DNA of 64,000 nucleotides from Leucoraja erinacea (lineage: Eukaryota), in assembly GCF_028641065.1 (NCBI RefSeq), contig NC_073401.1:25420001-25484000 (forward strand), given 5' to 3'. Below are positions 27,162 through 40,250 of the stretch, piece by piece. Position numbers and translations under genes: made by a program. The notes under the pieces are model-generated. The model did no database searches and was not told the origin of the DNA. It saw only the letters and a program-made list of their open reading frames with translations. Position 1 is the first letter of the stretch, and each line of letters opens with the position of its first letter.

Positions 27162-27883
27162 CTGGACAACATTGTTAATGCGTCAAATCATGAGACAATC
27201 AAAATAATTCGAAAGAAACAATGGAATTCCATGGGTTTTCTCCGGGTGCTCCAGATTCAACCCACATTCCAAAGACAAACCAAAGGTTTGTAGGTTAATT
27301 GGCTTTGGTGAAATTGTAAATTATAGCTAGTGTGTAGGCTAATGCCAGTATACAGGGACGGCATGGATTCCTGTTTCTGCGCTACATCACCAAACTAAAC
27401 TAAACTAAGCTGGAATAGCCCACTGGAAGGCAGCATCTATGGAGGACATAGATCGGGGATGATTCAGAGTCTGAAGAAGGGTCCTGAAACACCGCCTATC
27501 CATGTCTTCCTAAGATGTCGCCTGACCCGCTGAGTTACTCCAGCACTTTGTGTTTTATCATAAATGGCCAGCAGTACATTTCTAAGTGTGCCACTTGGAA
27601 AGAAACCCAATCGTGGTGGTGTGCCCATTCACCTGATGCCCTTGCCCACCAGGGTGGCACAAGTCACAGGATCGGCATGTGCTGTTGTGGTAATCTGAGC
27701 AAGTAACTGCAATGCATTTTGCAGCTGATACTCACTGAAGTCACTCCGTGCCAGTGGCTGAGGGAATAAATGCTTAAGGTATGTGTAGGAAGGAACTGCA
27801 GATGCTGGTTTACACCAAAGATAGACACAAAATGCTGGAGTAACTCAGCGGGTCAGGCAGCATCTCTGGAGAAAAGGAATAGG

Positions 27884-27937
27884 TGATGGGGGTGGGGCAT
27901 TGTTAGACAATGATGGGGGTGGGGCATTGTTAGACAA
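27884..27937. repeat. 27-bp tandem duplication
   Basis: tgatgggggtggggcattgttagacaa x2. Confidence 0.9.
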
Positions 27938-28304
27938 ACAAAAGGGGCTTTCTTCAGCTAAACTCTATCTGCATTTGCTATCTTCAGTAACTTAAAAAAC
28001 ATATATATATTTTTTTAAATCTGACCACCTTCCACTCTATCTGTAATAATATTTTTACATTTCTAATAGAGTCATAGTCTTACAGAGTGGAAACGGGGCT
28101 AGCAGCCCAACTTGCCCACACTGCCCAACATACCGCATCTACACTAGTCTCACCTGCCTGCCTTTAGCCCAAATCCCTCTAACCCTAAGCCTGTCCATGT
28201 ACCTCTCTATATATTTCTTAAATGTTGCTATAGTATCTGTTAATATCAAAATGCTTTTAGTCCCGATAAATTAATTAGTCATTATAGCCATAATATTTAT
28301 TTAC

Positions 28305-28372
28305 CTTCATCGTCACCATTATCTTCTGCTGGTTGCTTTAGAAGTGGCCCAGAATTGTCAACAGCAATGATA
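28305..28372 (-). CDS. C12orf43: CUSTOS exon 4
   Basis: ttttttacttttcag acceptor, AG|GTAAAT donor; 68 nt; IIAVDNSGPLLKQPAEDNGDDEG; phase 2 to 1 fits neighbours. Confidence 0.88.
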
Positions 28373-30535
28373 CTGAAAAGTAAAAAAAGACACTTCAATT
28401 ATATATTTTATCCGCACATTCGCAATGGAACTACCTTCCACCAAGTACACGATGATGCCCAACCAACGACAGAATATGAAGAGGGCGGTGAATCTGTGGA
28501 ATTCATTGCCACAGACGGCGGTGGAGGCCAAGTCATTGGTTATTTTGGGGGCTTTTATCTCTAGAGCATAGAGGCTGAGAAGTGACCTTATAAAAGATAC
28601 TTACAATAATGATGGAAACAAATAAGGTGAATGGTCACAGTCCTTTTCCCAGGTTAGGGGAGACTCAAACTAGTTTAGTTTAGATACAGTATGGAAACAG
28701 GCCCTTTGACCCACAGAGTCCACCATAACCATCGATCGCCCATTCACACTAGTTCCATTTTCTCATCCACTTCCCACAGGGACAATTTACAGAGACTAAT
28801 TAACCTATAAACCAGCACGTTTTTGGGATGTTGGAAGAAACTGGTGCACCCGGAGGAAACCCACGCAGTCACAGGGGGGGGAAGTGCAAACTCCACACGG
28901 ACAGCACCCAAGGTCAGAATCGAACACAGGTCTTTTGCGTTGTGAGGCAGCAGTTCTATCAACTGCTCCACTGTGCTGTGCCATAGGGGCAACATTTTCA
29001 ACGTGTTGTGGGTACGCGGGCAGGCTACAGCGGAAGTGGCATAGGACAATTACAAAATTTAAAATACATTTGGATAAATTCATATATATAAAACAAAGGG
29101 TTAAGAGGATATGGGCCAACGCCGGCAAATGGGACTAGCTCAGGTAGGCAACTTTGTCGACATGGACAAGCTGGGCCATAGGACCAGTTTCCCTGCTGTA
29201 TAACTCTATGACAGTCGATAAACACTGGGCTTGCCAGCTACGCACAGATCACAAAAATAATCTATTTGTAGGCACGTTCACAGCTTCCTCAGATAAAACC
29301 ATGGGCATAAGCATGAAAAAAGGCTGGAATATTAAATATACATCTGATATTTACTGAAGCTACATGCGAGTGATCTGGTACTTATTCTCTTACTGCCTTA
29401 CACCGGAGAGGTATCAGTTATAGCTGGACAAATTAAGTTAATTTATTGAATTAAAAAATCCAAAAAGCAAGGACTTTACACCTTCAGGGCATAACAATTA
29501 CTACTGCCCCAAACCATTTTGAATTGATTCTGCTATTAAGGTGCTTTGGCGGTTAAAGAATAGTTTTTTTTCTCAGATCTGGGTTATTCGTTTTACAATC
29601 TTGGTTTCACAGTGGCTTTCCTGATGGATTTATGTGTAGTGATGTGGGCTTTGCTAAGAAGAGCACCACTAATTGCCTCTTCTGAAGTGTCTCTGCTGCA
29701 GTACACAGCCTTACTGATTAGCTGAAGTCCTCTGAAGAACCTTCCCTCCACCTTTGGGTAGGTATCTACAGGATTTAATCCCAGCAACAAAGAAAGCACA
29801 GAGATATATTTCCAATTTGGGAGAACTTGTCACTTAGAGGGGAATCTGAAAGTAATGGTATTCTATGCATTTGTTGTCTCCGTACTATCGTTGAAAGTAG
29901 TCTTTTGATCTTCAAGGAATTACCGCACATTGGAGCAGCAGTTGAGTTGCTGCCTTACAGCGGGTTCGATCCTGACTATGGGTGCTGTCTATATGGAGTG
30001 TATGTGGGTTTTTTCCAGGTGCTCCGGTTTCCACCCACACTCCAAAGACGTACAGGTTTGCAGGTTAATTGTCCCTACTGTGAAGAATAGTGTTAGTGTT
30101 CGGGGTGATTGTTGATCGGCGCCTACTTGGTGAGCTGAAGGGCCTGCTTCCGAACTGTCAAAGGTCTACAAGCCTAATGTCTAAAAGAAACAATTAAATG
30201 CAGTGCATTTATGGATATGTACTAATGACATGATATGGTGGAGGGAATTATTGTTTAGATTGCATTTTAAATGACAATTCAGCATGTCACTTTGCTATGA
30301 ATATCATCGAGCTTTGAGTGTGTAACACACATTCGGGCAAGCGGCCAAGATATTAGCACATTTCCAACTAGTACCGATAATATAAGTAGTTAGGTGATCC
30401 AAGCGAAGTGCCATTAACCACAATAACCCAAGTGGCATGTCATTCACCACAGGGTAAGAGTGCAGAATGCTTAGAATACAATGGCTGTTACCCACATCCC
30501 AAGAGCTCAATGCAAGATCAGTCATTTTTTCCTAC

Positions 30536-30634
30536 CCATCTAGCAAGACGCCAAGCTTTTTAGCAACGTGACTTCTGAATTCTGGCGTCGTCTGTAGTTC
30601 ATTTTTGTCGTGCTGCTGATTATCTCCTTTTTGC
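30536..30634 (-). CDS. C12orf43: CUSTOS exon 3
   Basis: 99 nt; [33 protein letters not shown], near-identical to the conserved human motif [22 protein letters not shown]; canonical AG/GT. Confidence 0.95.
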
Positions 30635-30959
30635 CTACAGGGGAGGACAAACCAAGCTTAACATTACCAAAGCGAGAGAAAATTCACCACAAATTCTCTC
30701 TCTGAAGAACATTGTTACAACTGTGAACTCACAGTATGGCTTTGATCATAACTGTATAACAATTATCAAAATGTATACCTAATTATACAATTAATAGTAC
30801 ATTTGTCAACTTCCATTTAATAAAAACTCCTTGAACATAAACAGCCTTAACTCCTAATAATTATTTTACAATATGTTAACAACGTAATTTTCATGTTAGC
30901 TTTAACTTTGACCAGACAGCATTATCGGGGAAAGATGTACTCAGTAATATAAGAGCAGA

Positions 30960-31280
30960 GGGTGCACAGTGGTGCAGCAGTAGAGTTGCTGCCTTACAGC
31001 TCCAGAGACCTGGATTCAATCCTGACTACAGGTATTGTATTTTCTGTACAGAATATGTACGTTCTCCCCGTGACGTGTGTGGGTTTTGTCCGGTTTGTCT
31101 AGTTTCCTCCCACACTTCAAAGATGTACAGGTTTCTAGGTTAATTGGCTTGGCAAAATTGAAAAGTGTCCCTAGTGTGTAGGATAGTGTTAGTGTGCGGG
31201 AATCGCTGGCCGGCGCGGACTTGGTGGCCAAATGGGCCTTTTCCATGCTGTATCTCTAAATTAAACTAAAAAACTAAACT
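30960..31280 (+). mobile_element. HE1/V-SINE copy
   Basis: Head, V-domain and (taaac)n tail. Confidence 0.8.
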
Positions 31281-31966
31281 ACACAGATAATAGGAAAGAT
31301 CTAGCTGTTAATAACATCTGAATGCTCAAAACGAGAAGTTCCAGAACTCAGATTGTACATAGCTGAAACCAGATAGACAGAAAATACTGGAGTACCTCAG
31401 TGGGATTGGCAGCGTCTTTCGAGAGAAAGAATGGATGACGCTTCGGGGTGAGACCCTTCTTCAGACTGGAGTCTGAAGAAGGGTCTCGACCCGAAATGTC
31501 ACCCATTCCTTCATGAAACCATATCTGAGTAAGTTAATGTGGACCTTGTGATGATGGCTCTCCCTCAATGGATGAGAATACTGGACCAGAATACTGGCAG
31601 TTGTATAAATGACATAATCAATAATAAAGACGGGCTTGTGGGGATCACTCGAATACCAGGAACAATTCATTAAAACAATAGGCTCCTGTCATGACCTTAG
31701 TTGTTTGGAAGTCACTATTCCTAGGTCTTCTGAATCATGCATACATTATTGGAAACTTCAGTAAATTTGGTGAACATGTTCCACTGAAATGTATTAAAAA
31801 TGAATAAACTTTACTACGTACGTTACTGTTTTTGATAACCAAACAGTAAAACAAATAAGCACAACTCCTGCAGCAAATAAAGATTCATAAATCCCACATA
31901 CCGTGAATATTGAGTGGAAAATAACATTACAGAATACAGTCAAATGGAAACCTTGCGTTTATATAC

Positions 31967-32018
31967 CTGAGACTTGGTTTTATTGACACTGAAGTCGTCT
32001 TATCTTCATTGGTCCCAG
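31967..32018 (-). CDS. C12orf43: CUSTOS exon 2
   Basis: ttttgtcactag acceptor, AG|GTATAT donor; 52 nt; AGTNEDKTTSVSIKPSLR (human QPSLR); phases fit exons 1 and 3. Confidence 0.85.
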
Positions 32019-32524
32019 CTAGTGACAAAAAATATTTTAAAAAAGGATAATAATTATAATTATGAAAAGGAAGCTTCTCCCAATTCAAAAGTATCTGACA
32101 TGCTTTTGGAATTGAGACCAAATATTAAAAGGGAACGATTCAAAGCAAAACAATCGAAACTAAAATATTTTATGATTTTGAAAGTTACTGAAGAATTATC
32201 TGAAACTAAAGTTTGCAGACAGCACCAAAACAGGTGGAGTCATAGATAATGAAGGTTGTCTGAGGACACTGTGGAACATTGGCTCGGCTGGGAATTTAGG
32301 TGTACAGTGCAGATGGAATTTAATCTAGACAGGAGTGAGGTAATGCACTTTGGGAGTTAAATTATGGCAAAACATACACAGGAAACGAGATGAAAATAAG
32401 AGATCTGTGTACAGAGAGGTCTTGTTTAGTTTACTGTCATGTGTACCGAGGTACAGTGAAAAGCTTTTGTTGCGTGCTAACCAGTCAGCGGAAACACATA
32501 CATCATTACAACGAACAACAGGCA

Positions 32525-32910
32525 ATAGGCAATAGGTGCAGGAGTAGGCCATTCGGCCCTTTGATCCAGCACTGCCATTCAATGTGATCATGGCTGATCA
32601 TCCCCAATCAGTACCCCATTCCTGCCTTCTCCACATATCCTCTGACTCCGCTATCTTTAAGAGCCCAATGTAGCTCTCTCTTGAAAGTATCCAGAGAACC
32701 GGCCTCCACCTTAAGGCATAGAATTCCACAGACTCACAACTCTCTGTGTGAAAAAGTGTTTCCTCATCTCTGTACTAAATGGCTTATCCCTTATTCTTAA
32801 ACTGTGGCCCTGGTTCTGGATTCCCCCAACATCGGGAACATGTTTCTTTCCTCTACCGTGTCCAAACCCTTTATAATCTCATATATTTCAATAAAATCCC
32901 CTCTCATCCT
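32525..32910 (-). mobile_element. CR1 LINE 3' fragment
   Basis: Same subfamily 3' end as 13075-13600. Confidence 0.8.
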
Positions 32911-33239
32911 AAATTCAAGAAGGATTTTGGAATAACCATCCACAGTGTACATGATTAAGGGAATAACGTGAATAACATTTTGTGCAAGATATAGTTCGGT
33001 TAAGTCCGATCAAAGATAGCCCAAGGTTCTCCGATAAGGTAGAGAGTATCTTTAATAAACGTCAATAAACATGCAATTCGTTTTACGGCACGAAAGCAGC
33101 AACTTGTATACAGGATTTTAAGAACTAATGCAAAAACAAGGAGGTATTTACTTTTCACATATTATACAGATTGCAAAGTAGGCCAAGATGGGACCATGCA
33201 ATAAATCCATGTGTAGTTTTATTTAGAGGCCACATATAC

Positions 33240-33342
33240 CTATAGTTCTCTGAGATCCGAGATCCCAAGCCGCCTCTCTGAGGCGGGACCATTCCTCCGC
33301 GTTGTCAGAGTCTGAACTCCGCGCCTCCACGGCCGCCGCCAT
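33240..33342 (-). CDS. C12orf43: CUSTOS (C12orf43) exon 1
   Basis: ATG at 33342 in a CpG-rich patch; [34 protein letters not shown] (cf. human SSSDAEELERCREAA); donor AG|GTATAT; 103 nt, phase 1. Confidence 0.9.
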
Positions 33343-33545
33343 TTCAATCTCCCCGCTCACGCCGGCCCGACCTGCGAGCGCGGCCCCATGGGAAATGTAG
33401 TTGCGTGAGCTTCGGCACTGCGGAAAGCCATGCGCACTGACGTCACTGCGAAACTACCACACCCACAATGCACGACGGCAGGTTGGAGACGTGAGGGTCC
33501 ATGTTACGCCGGGTGCCGTCTCCTCTTCCTCCATAGCAACGGATT
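33330..33545. promoter_or_regulatory. CpG-rich housekeeping promoter of CUSTOS (ZNF143/THAP11-type motifs, CRE, YY1, RFX half-site)
   Basis: AACTACATTTCCCATG on - strand (~33387-33402); divergent ACTACCACACCCACAATGCA on + (~33453-33472); perfect TGACGTCA 33438-33445; GCCGCCATTT (YY1-like) over the ATG; CCATAGCAAC 33531-33540. Confidence 0.75.
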
Positions 33546-36500
33546 CCAGCATCTTGTCCACCTCCGAAGATAGACACAAAAAGCTGGAGTAACTCAGCGG
33601 GACAGGCAGCATCTCTGGAGAGAAGGAATGGGTGACGTTTCGGGTCGAGACCCTTCTTCAGTGTGCCATCTCCAATGTGCGTTTGTCCTCACTGACAACG
33701 GAGGAGGCCCAGGACAAGTTCAAGTTCATTGTCATGTGTCCCTGATAGGACAATGAAACTCTTGCTTTGCTTCAGCACACAGAACATAATAGGCATTGAC
33801 TACAATACACATGAATAAATAAACTGATAAAGTGCAAAATGACAGAAAGGTCAGTATGAGAATGGGATGGGGCAGAGTGAATCCAAACGCAAATTGGAGG
33901 AACAATGGCATTTCGTATTTCGCTTGGGCAGCTTACAACCCAGCGGTATGTGTATTGAAGATGGACACAACAAGCTATAGTAACCCAGCGGGTCAGGCAG
34001 CATCTCTGGAGAAAATGAATAGGTGACATTTCGGGTCGAGACCCTTCTTGATTTCTCTAACTTCAAGTAACCCTTGCATCCCCTCTCCTTCCATCCCTCT
34101 TCCACCCTAGTCGTGGTACTAGTTTCACTGTCTTCCTGGTGAGTTTCATTGTCTGTTTAACTCATTAACATTTAGCCCAAGTCAACAATGCACTGTTTCC
34201 TTGATCATTGTAATTACTTTGTTGCATATCTTTCATTCATTTGTTCTATATCTCTTCATATCATCTTCTATTCTTTAATTTCCCTTTCCCCTGACTTTCA
34301 GTTTGAAAAAGGTCTTGATCTGAAACGTCACATATTCCTTTTCTGCAGATATACTGCCTGACCTGCTGAGTTACTCCAGCTTCTTGTGTCTATCTTTGGT
34401 TTAAACCAGCATCTGCAGTACCTTCCTGCGCATTTTATTTTCGTATTGGATATAGTCAGGGATTCATACAGTGTGGAAACGGGCTCATCGGCCCAACTTG
34501 CCGACAATGTCTTCCTCAACTAGAAAATAATATCCCAACTATACTTAATTCCCTGACTGATGAAAGCCAGCATACCAAAAGCCTTCATCATCCTATCTAT
34601 ATGCGATGCCACTATTTATTTGTACTCCTAGATCCCTCTGCTCTGCAACGCTCCCCAGGGCCCTACATTTCACTGTGAAAGTCCTGCCTGGTTTGACTTT
34701 TCAGAATGCAATACTTTGCACTTTGAATGAAATACACTTAGCCACTCCTCGGTCCACATACCTAATTAATCAAGATCACGCTGTAATTCTTGATAACCAT
34801 CTTCACTATCTACGATATCGCCTATTTTAGTGTCAGCTTGTTGTGCCTCAGAGCCATGAGTGGCACCACAGATCTGTCCTTCTACTGCTCTCGCTCCCAT
34901 CTGTATCCAGAATGGTTTACGTGTTTTCAAGGAGAATGGTCACGTGGGGATTCTTGCACTCTCTGCCTACTAATAAAGAACAGAGAACAGGGAACGGATA
35001 AGACTTTTGCTTCCATCACAGTGAGGAGGTGTTTGAAGATTCACTGTGATGGATGTTTGTGTGGAATTGTGTTAATTGTGTGTTTTGGTTCTGACTGTAG
35101 GAACAAAATTTCATTTGAACCTTGTTTGTTTAAATGACAATAAATGGCGTTCTATTCTATTCTACTCCTTCCCTTTCCTGATGTTCATTCATCTACTTTT
35201 CCCTGCACTTTAGGTGTGACCACCCCTCTGTAACTCCTATCTACGATGCTCTCATTCTTCCAGATGATCCTGAGTTCATCCAGTTCCCTCATGAAATCAG
35301 TCAAGAGGAAGTGAAGGGATTTTCCATGTTGAAGGTTCTTTGTGAGGGTGCAGCTCCCTCTGCTGAGCAAACAAAGTGTAAATGGAGAATGCTCACAGTA
35401 AGTAAATATGAATACCATATGTAACTTATCCTTAGCAACCTTTACCATTGCCTTAATCAGTAACTACATGTAAAATGCACTTCGGTGGCTGTAACCAGTT
35501 TTAGGATATCATGAATATCTGAAAGGGTAATAACAAGTAACTGAGATTTCTTTCTACTTTATTACTAATATTTAATTTTGATCAAAATTATTGAGGCCTA
35601 GCAGGCTGGAAATCAACATATTTTTGGTTGACAGGTTTTAGATTGAATCAACACAGTATATGTATAAAAGATGGTAACATGGTTTTAGTATAATGAACGC
35701 ATGAAATTGGTTGGTGAATTTGGAGGATTCTGCCGAGGCAAAATACTAGTTACTTGAAGATACATCTAGAAGATACATCTAAAAAGACTGGGATCGTGGA
35801 ATTCTTTGTCTGGTGGAATTCAGTGAAATTCCTTGTTTTTTTGCATATAATACACAAAGTATTAAAAAAGTCACCAGGTTTCTGGCACCGACAATGTTAT
35901 AAAGGAACTCACTAGAGTCATGTTGGTTCCTCTTTGTTCCCGGCGGCCCCATCTCAAGGATGGGAATAAATCATTCTTGATCCTGAGAGAGTGCTGAAGA
36001 AAAGAGTAACAGCTGGAGATGCAAGATCCTACTTGCCTTCGTATGTTGCATGGCTGCATTGTGAATTTAATAGAGTGAGAACTGATGTAGAATGGTATCA
36101 TTAGTAGAACTCTGAATCTACAGATTTTCTGTTAATATCATCAGCCGAGAGTTTGGTTTGATCCTGCCAGGGCAAATCCAAAGTCCACCTGATATTGAAC
36201 CGTGGACCTCATCGATATCAGGCCAGAAAGACACATGCTCGCATCACCAGAAATCTAGTGGCACACTGGTGCAGTCGGAAGAGCTGCTGCTTGACAGTGC
36301 TAGAGACCTGGGTTTGATCCCAACCTTGGGAGCTGTCTGTGTGGTGTTTGCACATTCTCCCTATGACCATGTAGATTTGCTTTGAGTGCTCTGGTTTCCT
36401 GCTTAATCCAAAAGACATGGGTTAGTTGGCCTCTGTAAATTGCTCCAAGTGTGTCGGGAGCGGATGCAAAAGTAGGATAGAGCAGATCTCGTGTGAATGG

Positions 36501-37099
36501 GTGATCCATAGTTGGCGTGGACTCGGTGGGCCGAAGGCCTGTTTCCATGCTGTATCTTTCAATCAAGACTTTGTTCATAGCTGCAAGCTGATTTGGTGGA
36601 AAGTGGTGGGAAACCCAAAACGTGAGATAGGGAGGTGACTGGAATAGGATTTAGTGAGGTCAGGAAGCATTTACAGTCCCTCCCCTCAACCTGCACTATT
36701 TAAGAAGATTTCCAATTATTTTACAGGTTATTGGGGTCTGGGTTGGAGTTTTACCGATCCATCAGTTGTTTAAATTTTGGCTGTGGGAGCAAAATTATTT
36801 CCTGGAGTCTTCTGACCACATATAACCATGAGAGATGGGAACCTTCATGATATTTGAAAGAAATCTCTTGGCGGGAAGCCTGTCAACCTGTCTCTCACTG
36901 GTTTGCTGATGCTGCCTACAACTGTGCGGCTCCTTCACCTACAAGAGGGGTGAATGTGTTGGATGTGACGTATGTGCCATTTGTGAGTAGTTGACGATAG
37001 ATGGAAGCTCTGAGATGTGGGTTATTCGTGTTGGGGTGATCAAATATGTGAAGGCTTGGAGGGACAATGAGTGTTTAATTCAAAATTATGGCAGTGGTG

Positions 37100-37435
37100 T
37101 CTACGATCATGAGGGGAATAGATAGTTTTTTACACAATGGGGAATCAAGAACCAGGGGACATAGGTTTAAGGTGAGAGGGGAAAGATTTAAAAGGAATCT
37201 GAGGGCCAACTTTTTCACACAGTATGTGGGTATATGGAACGTACTGCCAGAGGAGGTAGTTAAACCAGCTACAATAACAACATTTAAAAGACATTTGGAC
37301 AGGTATATGGACGAGAAAGATTTTGAGGGATATGGGCCATAGGTGAGCTGATGGGATTAGTGCAGATGGGGCACAGTGTTTGGCATGGGCAAGTTGGGCC
37401 AAAGGCACTGTTTCTGTGCTGTATGACTCTCTGAC
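37100..37435 (+). mobile_element. CR1 LINE 3' fragment
   Basis: IMRGID...SRTRGHRFKVRGERFKRNLRANFFTQ...WNVLPEEVV. Confidence 0.85.
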
Positions 37436-38749
37436 TAAATCTTGGAATCAGTTATCGCTGGCTCACTCAATGCTGTGTGAGTCATTGCAGGTATAGAAGA
37501 GTATGGAGCAGTGTTAAACGGGGCTAGTCACTGCAGTCATAGTAAAGAGGTTTGAACATGGATTTTGCATATGACATCCACTGGTTCAGGTGGATGCCAG
37601 CTAACCTCCCTTTTCTCATTTTCTCACATACTCCCATTTTCTCTTTCGAGGCCCACTTTACACAGAAAAAACGTACGCGGTGACATTAAATTCTGGGCCT
37701 ATAATTTCAACAAGAATGTTTGTTTTATATTGCATTGCAACTATCACACATTTCTTCAAAATAATCACTTTTTATTTAGAGAAAGGAAGCAAGTCTTTTT
37801 TTTGCCTTTGTTTCCGATAAGGATTGTTTGGCCCCGACCAAAAGGATAAGCTGGAGATATGAAAGCAGCTGCCTTCTGTAGAGACTTCCTGGGAAATCCT
37901 CTCTTGTTTAGGCCATTTCCATCAGAAGATTGCTATGTAATAGCCTGTCTGAAGAAGTGTCTCGACCCAAAACGTCATCCATTCCTTCTCTCCAGAGACG
38001 CTGCCAGTCCCGCTGAGTCACTCCAGCACTTTCTGTCTATCTTCAGCATATGATAGAGGCAATAATGAGTTCAAGTTGATCTTATACTTTGCAGCTAACC
38101 ACCTTGTGAGTAATTTATGACACTGTATGCAGGTTTAGCCATCCTCCATGTGAGTGGAGTTACCGGTTTTATGCAAAGTTCAGTGCAGGAAGTCAACAAC
38201 TTAAAGCTTTGAAGCTTAAGTTCGGAAAGAGGATGAAAGCCACGTAAAATGTAAATTTGTACCCACATACCCAGAGTGCGTCTGTGGCTAACTCTTTATC
38301 CCTTAATTTGTCCCTTGACTCTCAGTCTGAAGAAGGGTCTTGACCTGAAACATCACCTATTCCTTTTCTCCAGAGATCCTGCCTCAACCGCTGAGTTACT
38401 CCAGCATTTTGGGTATATCTCTCGGTGTAAACCAGCATCTGCAGTTCCTTCCTACACACTGTCCTAACTCTTCTTTACAAATAAGAAAACTGTTTGGGGG
38501 TAAATGCTATATTAATGCAAAAATAAATTAAATGTGTTTTTAGTTCTGTAGCTGTGATGAAGATTTTTTGAAAACCATGAAGAACCCTGCACAAACTTCA
38601 CCAAGACTCCAGTAACAATTTAATTTTCCTTTAAATTCCGTGAGGAGTTCCACAAAGGGGTAGATGATTCACTATTTGTTTAAGACGCCTTGACATGATC
38701 GCCTTGGTGCTTGTTCAATGACATTTTGTCAAGAGTTCCTCGAGTGATA

Positions 38750-40040
38750 GAGACACACATCATGGAAGCAGGCCCTTCGGCCCAACCTCTCCATGCTGAC
38801 TAACACGCCCCATCCACACTAATCCCAATTGCCTTTGGCCCATATCTTTCTAAACCTATCCTATCCACATACCTGTCTAAATGTTTCTTAACAGTTGTCA
38901 TAGCACCTGCCTCAATTACCTCCTCCGGCAGATCGGTGCATATACCTACTAACCATTGTGTAAAAAAAAGTAGCCCCTCAGGTTCCTGTTAAATCCTTTT
39001 CCCCCTCACCTTAAACCTATGTCCTCTGGTTCTAGATTTGCCTACTCTGGCGAAAATACTCTGCATTTACCCCATCTGTTCCTCTCATGATCTTGTCTGG
39101 ACGAAGAGTGGAAGAAGACAAGAAGCCAGGTCCCACCAGCCACGTACAGAGCGAAGTGCTGCCACTCCCCTCCATCTGACCATTGGACTTCCCTCCTCCA
39201 GCAGGTGCCGGTGCCCTCTAACACTGAGCACCTCGAGCCCAGCTCAGCGGCTTATTGCATGCATAGCAAGTATGAAGAAGTCCTGGGTTCGGTCCGTGGA
39301 TAAATTCCTGGAGAGGTCCAACCAAATGTTTGAAAGGATTTGGACCGTAAGACCAATTTTACCCCCACTCCCAGAGAACAAAGATCGTGACAACTGAGAG
39401 GGATACATGACAGCCAAGATATAAACTGCAGCCCTCAGTGAACATGGGTCACTGATGCTGCTTTGCAGCTGAAACCAATATTTGTGTTCTGACGGCAAAC
39501 ATTCAAATAATTACGTCTTTTTGGAGATTATAACCTCCAATCAGCAATCAGCAATTCAGTTCCTAGATCATCGAACAGCACAGGAACAGGCTCTTCGTCC
39601 CATTATGTCTGCACTGAACATGATGCCGAGTTGAAGTAATCTCCTCTGCCTGCACGTGATCCATCTCCTTCCATTCCCTGCATATCCGTGTCCCTATCTA
39701 AAAGCTTCTTAAATCCCTCTTTTGTAACTGCCTCCACCACAAACCTGGCAGCACATTCCAGGCACTCTGTGTAAAAAACCCCCCAAAAAAACCTTGTCCT
39801 GCACTTATCCTTTAAATTTTGCCCCTCTCACCTTAAAGCTACATCCTCTAATGTTTGACATTTCAACCCTGGGATGCAGGGTGCAAAATATGAATTTCAC
39901 TTTACCAAAGTTCATGTGACAATAAAATACCATTGAACCATTGGAAAAATGGTTCTGACTGTCTACCCTATCTATGCCTCTCATGATTTTATATACTTCT
40001 ATCCGGTCTCCCCTCAATCTCCAATGTTCTAGAGAAAACA
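38750..40040 (-). mobile_element. Two CR1 3' fragments (~38750-39095 and ~39570-40040) around unique sequence
   Basis: DKLGLFSLEHWRLRGDRIEVYKIMRGIDRVD and CR1 3' UTR motifs. Confidence 0.75.
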
Positions 40041-40250
40041 ATCCAAGTTTATCCAATCTCTCATGAAAATGAATACCCTAGAGAATGAGTAGCAGGGTGG
40101 TACCTGATTAAGAATTATTGTATATAAAATGATGGTTGTGGATTACAGGATGAAATATAGGCTGATAAACTGTCTTAATAAGTAGCAGGAGAGACTGGAA
40201 TCTAGTAAATGGGTCCCAGCCTGAAGGAGGGGCTATGAGCATTCTAATAT

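Noticed and set aside
39038-39498. ORFs in unique sequence between CR1 fragments
   Set aside because: No recognisable homology; starts lie in CR1 sequence or are weak; may be 3' UTR of the T5orf172-like gene.
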